Below, one piece after another: positions 46,000 through 57,900 of a stretch of 64,000 bases of DNA. Position 1 is the first letter of the stretch. Every line of letters begins with the position of its first letter. Both the position numbers and the translations under genes were made by a program. The DNA lies in the NCBI GenBank assembly GCA_965644315.1, contig CBFFRQ010000078.1, positions 1 to 64,000 of the forward strand, written 5' to 3'. This DNA comes from Caecitellus pseudoparvulus. Lineage: Eukaryota > Protista > Bigyra: Bicosoecida. The notes below the pieces were generated by a model that did not search any database, had not been told where the DNA came from, and was given only the letters and a program-made list of their open reading frames with translations.

Positions 46000-48900
46000 C
46001 TACGCTTTGGCTTTTCTGGCGCCAGAGCTGCGGCTGCGTGAGCCGAGCCGACCGCGCGAAGGTCGCGCCTTGCCCAGGAGGCTGCCGCGGTGCTCATCAG
46101 GCTGGTTGAAGCCTGTGGCCACATCGCGCACCATGGACTGCACCGACAAGGTGCGGTGGCGCTCTGCTTCAGCAGCTGCCGTTTGCAGGATCTTGCTGGT
46201 GCGGCGCGAGCGACGGCTCTTGGGTCGCAGTGCTGAGGACTTGCCCGGCAGGGCAGCTGGCAGCGGCTGGCGAGCGCCAGCAGGCGGTTTGGACGGCTCC
46301 ACCAGGACTGTGCTCTGTAACGAGGTCATCTCAATGTCTTTGCCTCGCCGGAGGGAGAGGGGTGCCTTGCGGCGCGAGGGCTTGGCACGTGGCTTGGCAG
46401 CTGAAGAAGCGTTCGTGAAGTTGGACATGACAACTGCAGCGATGGCCTTGCTCGCCACTGCGATGCCACCCAACGCTGGCTTTGGGAACAGCACTGCGAA
46501 GAGGAGCGCCAGCAGCGGGATCCAGAAGCCAAGGTTCACGCCAGTAACCACCACTGCATCAGCTGCCTCCAGGTTCACCTCTACAGCGCTCAGGTACGGG
46601 TTGGAGCGCCCCGCTTCGGCAAAAAAGGCGCCGCTTCGCCATGCAAACATGGCAAAGGTGAAGCCCGCCTGCACCATGACCCCGCCGTGCACCAAGACCG
46701 ACAGCGAATGCACGAGCACAGACTGACGGTGCATGCGGGAAACAGCAGCAAGTCGTGTCGCGTGCCCCTTGCACGTGTTCTCCTCCTTCCGCACAGCGTG
46801 CTGCAGCAGCGGCAGACTCGCCCAGGTTGGGGCGTCCCCCGTCATGAGCAGCGGCTGCAACCACAGGTTGGCTGCCATCCCAATCGCACACACTGCCCCC
46901 GCCATGTAGGCGCGGTTGATGAGGAAGGGCGAGGCGGCCGCGGCCAGAGCGAGCGCCAAGCACTGTCCCAGCCATGCGAGACTGTACCACCACATGGAAG
47001 GGCGGAAGAAGCCCCAGCTCCACCCAAGCGCACTCCAGACTGTGTCAGCGTGCCTCCAATCTCGGGATTGGGCAAAGGCAGTGCTCGCGTCCTCAGCGAG
47101 CTTCGATGCAATTTGAGGGTTAAGAAGCGCCGTGGCTGCGGTGGCCACAGGCCAAGTTGTTGTGTTGTCTGCACCATAGTCCACTTCTTCCCTGATCTCA
47201 TCCAGGACCGTATCGGAAGGTGTGCCCTCCGAGCGGCGTTGCGATTCAGTGTCAGGTTCTGCCCCAGCACCTTCGTCACTTGACAGGCTCGGGAGCGCAG
47301 CTGGGGACACTGCCCGGTGTCCCCTCCACAACAACACTGCAGGGATGAGACCCCAGATAATGGCCATGAAGGAAGCCCCAACCTGCAGCTGCACGTGCAC
47401 CGGCGACCCAGCCAGCTCCTTGAAGCCCTGCAGCATGTACTCGGCTTGCGGAGAAGCTGGCAGAGTAAGGAAGACTGTCACCATGGACAGCATGGAACGG
47501 GGGATGGTCATGAACAGAGAGATGACGAATGCAGCCGCCAGCGTGGCGAGGACGGTTTGTAGTGAGGGGCGAGGCGAGCGACGGAAGCCCAACGCCAGCG
47601 CCGCCACAACACACCCTACGACACAGCTTGCAAGCAGCCCGATGAGCGGCAGAGCTGCGCCGATGGCGAACGCCGCCGCAACATCGTCGTGGGCATTTGT
47701 TGCACAGGTCCAGTACGCAGCGTGCACGGGGACAACCGATGCGATGTGGGAGAGAACGCCCACGCCCTCCATGCCAGGCACAGTGCCCAGCCGGTACGAT
47801 TCCAGCTGGGAAGACCACTGCAAGTGCAGCACCAGGAGCCAGAGGCAGATGAAGCGAGTTTGGGCCATCCCGCTGTGTTGCAGCTGGCTCTGCGACCGCA
47901 CATCGACGGCCGCAGCGTCCACCACAAGGGCCACAAGTGGCCCATCCTTGCGCAGGCTCCAGTCGGCTCGGCTGCCTTGCTGCACCTCTGGAACTTGGAG
48001 GGCGGGGGGCACCTCCACCATGGCCTGGGGCGCACCCTTGCTGGCGCCGAGGATCTCACGCCACAACCACAGCATGCAGCCGAGGAGCGTGAGGCTGAGG
48101 AGGATCGTCAGCCACACCAGCCCCCACGCCGAGGTGTGGCAGGGCACGCAGTCCACGGAGGCGCCGCCAGCCACAGGCGAGTACGTGTACCCGTCTGCGC
48201 AAACGCCACACAGGTCCCCCTCGTGTCCCTCGGCACAGGTTGTTGGGATGACGCTGTAGCTGGACCACTCCAGGCTGGTTGCCGCGGCAGGCGCTTCACA
48301 GGCCAGGGGGTTGGGACACAGCAGGATGCCCTGCCCGATGGAGCTGGCCTGGGCGGACGGCATGAGGCCTGTGCCGTTTGAAGACAGCAGCGTCCCAGCC
48401 AGCGCGTACCCTGGCAGCACGGCGAGGATTCCGTCTCCGCAAACGGCGCCCTCAGGGCAGGGCGAGCACACTGTTGATCCAGGCAGGGAGAAGGTCCCGT
48501 CCCCACACCTCTGGCACACGGACGGGGACGACACTGGGCCGACAGTTGGGGACACCCCGACAGTGCCTGGGCCGCAGGGCACGCAGGTTAGTGTGGCTGC
48601 AGTCAAGGCAGCTCCACGGGGGGACGCCGCGCTGGCGCCACGGCCAGCCCGGCACTCACACACAAGCCCCGCGCGGACTTGGTCCGGGCCACATGTGGCC
48701 CGAGCTACGCTCACAGTGCCTCGTGACGCCAGCGTTGTCGTGGCGCTGCCAGATCCCGACCCTGACTCCACATCCAGCACACTAACTTCAATGTGGAGCT
48801 CTGACCCAACAGGCAGACTGGACACCTTGGACAGCGGCAAGAAGACGCCGTACAGGTACGAAGTCAGAGCAGCCCCGGGGGGGATCTCGTCTGCCACGCC

Positions 48901-51900
48901 TGACACGCTCCCATTCACGCTCTGCAGCAAGGCCAGCTCAGCAGGCACCAAGTTGCGCACGAGGGCCCGGAGGGAGCTCGTGTTGGCGGCTGTGCCAGAC
49001 AGTGCCCGCCTGGGTCCTGCTGCATCCACCTGCAAGCGGGCCGCGAGCACGTCCTGGCCTGCCTGGCGAGGACGACCCAGCGAATCTCGCAGGACGATGT
49101 ACGCCAACAGCAGGCCATCGGGAGTGAGAACTTGGGAGTCTTGTGTCAGCTTGGCCTCTGTGATGACTGCTGAGGGCAGAAGGGGGAGGTGCTGGCCGCT
49201 GAGAGTGCCGATGACTGGGAGCACGGAGGATTGCTGTGCGGCTGCCGTGCCCTGGCGAACATGCACGCTGATGAGGGTGGAGGAGAGGGTGAGAGCATTC
49301 GTCTGGGTGTTGTTGATGAGCAGCAGGGCCGTGCCCACGTACATCCCTGGCTCAGGAGTGGTCGTGCTGGAGATAACCAGGCTAAGGGGCACCTTCGCCT
49401 CGCCAGAGGGAGGCACGACGAGCGACCCGCCTGCAACTTGGGCCACATCCAGCCACCCTGTGACGGAAGACTGCGACGCTGCAAGCATGGCAAGCGCGTC
49501 AAATTGCACCTGTACGGCCGTGTTCACGTCCGTGGTGTTGCGGTTGGCGGCACAGGCCTGGGCAACGGGGGAGACGGACATGGCCCCGTCCAACAACACA
49601 GCCTGCTCAACTATCACAGCTTGCGATCCCAAATTGCGCAAGCTGAGGGTCGTGATGGGCACCGTAGCAAATGCGGACGGCGCCAAGCCAGCCGGGGGCG
49701 CCTGAGGAGGGAGGAAGAGCTTGCTCGGGCAGGGCTGCACCGTGGCCATGAGGAGGCGCACGGGTACGGCTGCCGTGGTGCCCTGCACATCGCCCAGCAC
49801 CAGCACCACCTCTGCCTCGTGCAGACCCTGTGGGAGTTGCGCCAAGTCGAAGCGCAGTTCGAGGACTGCACCTGCTCCAACTGGCACACTGCCTGTCAGC
49901 AGTCCCACCATGGACGGATCGTCTGCGAGCACCTGAGCTGTCGGGGGCAAGGACAGCAGCTCGCCGCGGGAGGGATCCGAAGCGCCAGGCATGGCGGCTG
50001 AGATCCAGCATGACAGCTCGCTGCGCTGCAGCAGGAACCAGCGCATGGGTGCCGTGCCTGAGTTCTGGATGGTCAAGCTCTTCTGCATGAAAGCGCTGCC
50101 GCTGTCTGGCTGGGCGTAACCCTCAAGGGATTGTGGGGAGAAGGAACCGGACGGCAGTGTCACCTGCACAAAGAGCGGGAAGGACAGCACTGTCTCCAGG
50201 CTCGCACTGGCATATGCCGTCACGTTGAACAAGAACAGGCCCTGGGCGGACGCCAGGTCACCACCTGCCACAATGGAGGGCGTGTCCAGGGACAGCAGCA
50301 GGGCCGTGTCCAGGGACGTGAAGGCGGTGGTAGAAAGTGGTCCGGCAAGTTGAGGCCCTTGCACGAGCACTGCGGGGGGCGAGCCACCGCCCTGGGACTG
50401 CAGCATTTGCACGGCAAGGTCCGGGTTCACGGAGGCTGTGCCAAGCAGCGCTGCAGACGGAGAGGAGGTGTACCCCACAGCCGATACTGCCACGCCAATG
50501 GACGTCAGCTGCCCCAGCGCCCGCACTGTGATGGGCAGCAGCGCCGAGCTGCCAGCTGTGGACAGTGAAGACACCGTCAGCTGCACCAGAGGCAGAGGCG
50601 TGGGGATGGCGTCCACGAATGTGACGCGGGGCAGGACACGCTCTGGTGGCGGTGTGGGCGCGCCCTGAGACGGCGCGGCGCTGGCCGAGGGCGGCGCAGA
50701 CAGGGACGGATCCTGGCTGCGGGTGGGCGTGGGCGTTGTGGCGGCCGAAGAGGAAGGCGAAGGGGACAGGGCTCCGGTTGGGGAGGCGGTGACGGAGGGT
50801 GTCGGCGAGCGGGTGACGATTGTCTGCGACGGCGTGGGGCTCATGGTGCCCGTGGCCGTCGCGGACATTGACGGACTGCCCGTGCCTGTCGGTGTCACAC
50901 TGGGTGTTTGGCTGGGCGTCACGCTGGCAGTGCCCGAAACAGACGATGTGACTGATGGCGTCACCGTCACAGAAGGCGAAGGGGACCAGAGAAGCGGCAC
51001 GACGCTGGGCCGCACCCACGGAGCCACAGGCGACAGAATTTCCTGTGTTCCTGGAACTCCAGACGTGTCGTTTCCACCTGCCACAGCGGAAAGCATGCTC
51101 AGGCGCTGCTGGGGCACGACCAGCGGCTCATACTGCGTCGCAGGCACCGGCAGGGCTTCCAGCACGTAGAAGTTGGAGCTTTTGGAGTATCCCCAAGTGC
51201 TGCGCCCGCCCTTCCGCTGCTCGTCGTCCAAGTACGCAGCGGACGTCAAGATATTCAGCATTCCCTTGCGCGTGTGCTCCAGTAGCGCCATGCTGGTGCC
51301 GATGTTGCTCCAGTTCGGCAGCATGCGGTCGTAGAGGGGAGTGGCCTTCAGCAAGGCAGCACTCTGCCGCACAGAGCCGTCTGGGTTCAAGTACACTGCG
51401 TAGATCTCCGCGTGCCGCTGCAGTCGCTCTCCAAAGTACCGCAACGCTTGGTTGCCGAACATACGTGGCCACAGGAATTGGCGAGGGTGGACGCCAGCGT
51501 GAGGCAAGTGCTTGAGGGCACCGCCTTGAGGATCACGGAACACGCTGCCCCTGTTCCCTGTGTGTAGTGCCTGTCTACAAAAGTTAACAATGTCAACTTG
51601 AACGTCGGAATCCACTGCAGGATCCAAGTTGTACTCTCCGGCGAACTGTTGAAAATGCGACTGGACGTAGTTTGAGACGGCTGACTTCCAAGAGCCAAGG
51701 AGCAGGTTGCGAGGTGCTCCATGTTCGTTTTCAACTGATGCGGACTCAAGATCACGAAAGGCTGGGGGGGGATTGATGCCAGTCCGGAAAAAGGCGGGGT
51801 CACCAACAAAAGGACACATGGCCACAGTTGACACAGGGAGGCTCGTGGGACCCATGCCCACTTGCAGCGCTGGGAATCGCTTCGCATGAGTAGACGAGGG

Positions 51901-54900
51901 GTGGTACCAAGGGTCCTCGAACGGGGGAATAGCGGCTCCCTCCGGAATGCGAGTCCCTGCCGCCCAGGTTGCAGTATTTGTGGAAGAGTTGCCATCGACG
52001 TTGAAGCCTGAAAGAGGCGCATCTCTGAACTGGTGCGCCAAAGAGGAAGGCACTTTTGGTGCGTACCAGTTGTACTGCGATTGCAAGAAACTACTGTAGC
52101 TGTTTGTCGAACCAGACCGGGTGATGCGAAGCTGCCGCCCTATGAGCAGGATTGGTGCCCCCCGTGAAACTGGGTCCCTGTTTCCAGCATTGCTTGTCGA
52201 ACGAAGCAAGCCGCCAAGGTGAAGCGCATTGGCCGGACGGGGAGGTCTCAACTGGTCAAACACACTTCCAGCTGACGCAAGGCCGGCTTGTCGAGATGTT
52301 TCTAAGTTTGTGGGTCTCTGGGAATGCAAAAACTGGTCGTTTCGATTGAAGGCATTAAAAGCCGTGGGGAAGATACGATGCTGGAGCCCCCCAGGCGACC
52401 CTGAGACGGACGTCGACCCCTGGTACCAGGAAGTCGTGGGGAGTGCGCCCATGTTGATTGGAATCGACCCATCGAGTGAAGGGTTTGTTGTTTTGAGCAA
52501 GCCTTTGTTATTTAGAGGCCATCTTCCCCCTGAAGTTGAAAGCTTTTGCAGATTGCTTCTCCCATCCATGAAAATGTTGTCCGTGAAGACCTGCCCCCCA
52601 TGCCTCCACTTGGGAAAGGCTTTCTGGCGCCAGGAGTCAACCTGGACAAGCAGATCGGGCACAGAGGAAGCGTAGCCGGATTCTTGAGCAAAGCCAAGGG
52701 GATTCGGGATGGATCCCAAGGCACTGTCGTAGGGGTTGACACCTGGGGCAGCTCCATCATCAAAGCTCTGTCCGGCAGAGTCTGGGCCAAGGTGAGGATA
52801 CCAGAGCTCGGGGTGCACGCCAGACACACCCAGTCCAACAGTGGTCCCCCCTACGTCGACACCAAACGGCCGAATGTCGTTCTCTTGCAGCAGACTCGCA
52901 TTCAGTGCCGTGCCGTTGCGCCCGAGGCGCAGGAGCAAGAGCATGCCCTTGCCCTCCCTGGTCTTCGGCATGTGATCCGGGGAGTACAGACCTGCTGCGC
53001 TCTGCGATGTCTCGGCTTTGCGCTCACCGTCGCGGAACAGGGCAGCTGGTCCGGATGAGGTGGTGCTTGTGCTGAAAGAGGCAGTTCCGTTCACGGCGTC
53101 TAGCACTCGTGGCGACGCTCGCCACAATGGAATGGCCAGCACTCCCCTCCCAACATACGCCATGGTGTCTCCGAAACCCATTTCAGGCCGCGTTGACATG
53201 GCGGAGAACGCCGCGGGAAGACCAGGAACTGTTGCCGGGCGAACAACGGTGAACGATTGAACCTGACCCTGTGCGTCCCTGTGCAGCAGAATGAGCACAC
53301 GCTGGCGTGAGTGCCCGTCTTGCATGATGCACGCGATGTCAATGCTGCCGGTCCCCTGCAAATCTCCGGCAGCGCTGAGGCTGAGAGGGAACATGGAGTT
53401 CGGATGTGGAGGTGGCATGGCCGAAGCTTGCGTGTCGTACAGATCCTTCATAGAGACGGTGGACACGGATCTTAGCATCCCGGTGGAGTTGAACACGAGC
53501 AAAAAGACTGCACCTGTCCCCACTGACCCGTTGCCACTCACACCCGGCCGAAGGTGCATCCCTGGTGCGCCGACAGCCATGGACAGCGCCGGCCCTCTCG
53601 TCGTGTGGTTGAACCACCCGACGTTCGCTACTGATGACCCAAACCGCCCCCCTTCACGCTGCATGTCCAGCGCCATCGTGTGAGTAGTTGATCCCAAGTC
53701 CATGTGCGGCCCGGTGCTCCGCCGGCCGATGCGGTCGAAGCTTGCGACACGGTAAATGCCATCCGCCAGCACCTTCCGCCCCGGTCGCACTCCCTCCCAC
53801 TTGTCAGATGTGCCAGTGGATCCCGGGATGTAGTACCCACCATTCCAGACTTTGGGCGTGCGCACGGCAGTCTTTGAGCCGGCGTCATGCTGCGGCCCTG
53901 GTTCCATGCGGACCATGAAAACAGCACCCACGTTGCCACGTCGCAGCTGGGGAGGCTCACGCCCCATACCCTGCAAGTTCCGGCGGCGTCTGGGAGGCGG
54001 GAATGGGGAAGCACTGGGAGAGGGCGCCACCCAAGTCCTGCCGATTTCACCGGCAAGGGGCGCTCCGACGAGGACTTCAGCAACTCCATCACCGTCAAAA
54101 TCGTGCATCGGGGCCATGGACATGCCCAGAGAATAGGCACTCTCTTGGTGCAGGCGCTTGGGCTCTGGAGCCTGCATGCGGCGAGCGCGGGCTGCAGGTG
54201 GCGGTATTGCCGCATCGAACATGGAGTTCTCTGGGCGGAATCTGTCTGTTGCTCCTTGCAGGAGCTGAGTCGTCGTGGAGCTGAACTGGGAATTCAGGTT
54301 GGTGTCATGGAATGCACAGTGCGCCCCAGGGAATACTACTGAACCAGCTGCCCTGTAGGCATTTGGACCCGTTGTTGTAAAGGTCGTCGAGGTCGTGCTG
54401 AGGGCACGTGCCCTCCTGTGTGCTGACGATTGGCTACTGACCTCGGCGCCTGCGACCACTGTGCGCTGAGAAGCACAGACGACCGCGAGCCTGTGCACGC
54501 AGTGCTCGGCAGATGGCGTACACTCGATAACTGATGACTGAAAATGGCACGAACCTGTTTGCAGTGGTGCTTCCGTGCCGTCCGGAAGGGCCACAGACAC
54601 GTTTTCGTACACCACTCCAGGAGCACGAAGTGTGCTCCTGCGCACAGGCAGCTCAGCACTGCTAAGCTCGCCTGAGCTTGTGGAGGATTGGGAGGAAGTG
54701 GAAGAGGACTGGTCCTCACTTGAAGAAGAAGTGGACTCGGCAAAGGCAACAAGCAAGCTGCCAACTTCTTCATCATCAGCCTCTGCCCCAAACTCCCCTG
54801 CAATATCGTTCCAGAGAAGGTCCTCAGGGCCCTGCACATCCCCGACCCACGCTTCCAAGACAAGAGCTCCGTTGGGACTGACCCATTCAGCTTGAGAATG

Positions 54901-57900
54901 GGGCACGTTCGGGATATTCAGGCTGGCCAAAAAGCGCTTGTCGCCTCCTGTCATATGACTATCTGGAAACCCACTGAAATATGGCACATTGGGAGATGGT
55001 CCTGGTGACTCTTCATCAGACAAAAACGTGCTCAGCTCAAATACTCCAGAGGTATCTTCCCAGCACCCGCGCATGCGCTTGCCCATGGCAGCAAGGTAGA
55101 GCCGCGCCATGTTGTAGTCAGCCTTGTGCCGCGGTGCCCAAGTCAACGGATCAATGCGCGTGGTCAGCTCTGCCTCTTGGTCGTATTGCGTGCTGAGCCG
55201 ACCGCCAGGCGGCCCTCTGTGCTTTGGGTAGTAGCCCCAGCCAGGGTGAGCCAACTGCGTCGCCATGAGCGCGCCTTGATGTGGGAATACGGACGAATCC
55301 ACGGAGCCGTTAGCATCCAGACGGAACACGCCAAGGTCCGGCAGGGCAAATATGACGTCTAATGCGCCATTTCCGTCGGGATCTCCCAAAGGCAGCACAC
55401 TCGGGAAGGCGGGGAATGGGGCAGATCCGTTCAGGCCTGCAAGCAGCCCATCACCATGACCCATCACAGAGGAGGCCACGCGTGCTTGAGCTGGAATGCC
55501 AATCGGGCTGTCTTCTTGTGAGCAAGTGACTGGTCTGGAGAACACAGACGTCGGGATGCGGAGACTTGCATCCAAGTGCAGCAAGCAAAACTGCGTGGAC
55601 CTTGAGGCTGGCAGCGGCACGTAAGTGACGTTTCCGTCATGGGCCGTCGTTTCAACCACAGTCCCGCTCGTTGTGATGAGCAGATCAGGGGTTGAATCTT
55701 CGGCGAAGGACGGAATGGAGCTCAGGCGCACCAGCGATGCAGGGAGCAGGTTGGAGCCCGGCGGCCGCACCTGCGTGGTGAACACCCTGTGCCAGTTAAC
55801 AACCCTGGCAACGACTGGGAAATCCCCGCTCAAGTGCACAGTAAGGATGTACACAGCGCCCGGCAAGCATGCTTGCGAATGGGTGCCAGTTTGGGCCGGG
55901 GAGCATTCGTGTGGTGCGAGGACTGCGATGGAGCTGCCGCCCAGGCTCTCAACGGATGCCCCAAAGCCGGTCCTCCCTGAAGCGTGGGCACTGACAAATT
56001 CAGGCTTGCCTCCTGGCCACAACACATCACCAATAGGCGGCATGTGAAATGACATGAAAACCACACCAGCGAAAGGGGTTGACGTGTTCAAGGAAGGCGC
56101 ACCGACTACCAGAACGTCTTGTCCAGAGGAACCCCATTCCATGCCCTGAAATGCTCGTGGGCTCTCCATGGTCGCCAGGTCCTGCGCCAGGGGTCCGATG
56201 TTTGGGCAAATATCGTGCATGTCCTGCGTTGTGGTTGCCTCCACATCACATCCGTCCCCGAAAGGACAAAACGGCGCGATTCGGTCCCCGAGCACCGAGA
56301 CTTGAACAAGCGCCCCCAACTCAGTTTCCCCATCTGTGACGGCACCAGGTGCCCCGATCACGAGCATAGATGAGCCAGGAGGCAGGGACTGTTGGAGGCG
56401 ACGGCGCCCGCGAAGTTCCTGGGGTATGCCACCTTGCCTCAGTGGGCGATCTGTGCGCAGAAGGGTCATGCTTCGCCCAAAGCCATGAAGGGTGGTGAAA
56501 CCCGATTCAATAGCTCGAAGTCGTCTTGGCAGTCGAACTACGTTTGCAGAAATGACTTGTGATGATGTTGCGTCGTACAGCATCTGCACGATGCCGACCG
56601 CCGAAGCATTCAGTGTGAACTCCATGCCAATCAAAAGCGTCTTCACTCCTTTACGTTGCGCGGGGGGGGGATTCACCATGAAGCTGAAAGGAAGTCTTTC
56701 TGCGCGACGGCGAAGTTGCAATATCTCGCCATCCTCAGAGGTAGAAGGCTCGCGCTCCAACCAAGTGGGCCAGCTGCTGCCGTCGACGTATGGCAGCTCA
56801 AGAATGCTGCTTCCAAACACCACACCATCTGCAAGAGTGTCCGTAGTGCCGTTGCCAGAAGGAGACGATTCGAAAGGGAACTCCAGGTCGAGCTCTTCTT
56901 GTAGAGCAGGCGCAAAGAACACGGGTGGAGTGATAGGCCCCGCAGGTCCGTGCTCTGGCCCTTGAAAACCAACCTGCGATGCTAGTGTTGGTGCTGGGGG
57001 AAAGCGCAGGGCTGTGAAGAGGATAGACTCAGCAAACTCGGGTGCGCTGGCAAGATCAACTGTTGACGCGGAAGGACAGTAGCCTGGAGAAGTCGAAGTC
57101 CGTGTCGTCGAAAAGGGCGGAAGAAATGACCCACACTGCCGACTGGGTCGTTCCTCGCTCCACAGCACACCTGGCAAGCTAATAGCCAGCTGGAGGGCAG
57201 CATTCAGCTGTGGCGGCTCCGCCTCCCGCCCAGCAAGAGCAGGTGGCGCGTCATCCCTTGTCCAGGCTGCCACCATGCCAGCTGCCCAGGTCTGCCACGC
57301 GCCTGGAGTTGAACCTTCACGCAGCCCCTGCAGTGCAAATGGCACGTTATCTCCCAGAGTCGCGTTGGGGCGCCACAGCACGCCTTCGTGGCTCAGGCTG
57401 AAGTACTCCCCACTGGGCCGGAAGGCATCATCTAACGGCACCAGCAGCGCAGTAGGCGGCGCGCCAATGAGCAAGTCCATCGTGCCGTCACCGTTCGCAG
57501 GCGGAACAGCTGCCAAGGACATGCCCAGTCCATTGCGCAGGTTTGGGCTCTCATCCGCCTTGGCCAGCTGCAAGTCGTGAAAGGCACCATTGTCAATCAA
57601 GTGCAGGCGAGTCGGCATGCCAGTGGGACTCAGCGTCAGCAACACGACTGTTCCGTCCAGACTGCGCATGGCACGATCCGCGTTGCGGCGGCCTGGAGCA
57701 CCGATAGCCAGCACGCCTCGCCCCAAGTACGCCAGACTCAGCCCGAACCAATCATCGTGGTGCTCGTTGTACTGCCGATCGAATGTCGTGCCGTCTGGCC
57801 TGCGGGGTGGTTCTTCGCCCCAGTGTTCGGCCTGGGGGTTGAAGGGGCTGTACTGGTGTCCGCCGCCCTCCACGAGGTTGTGCAGGTGTGTCACGTTGCG

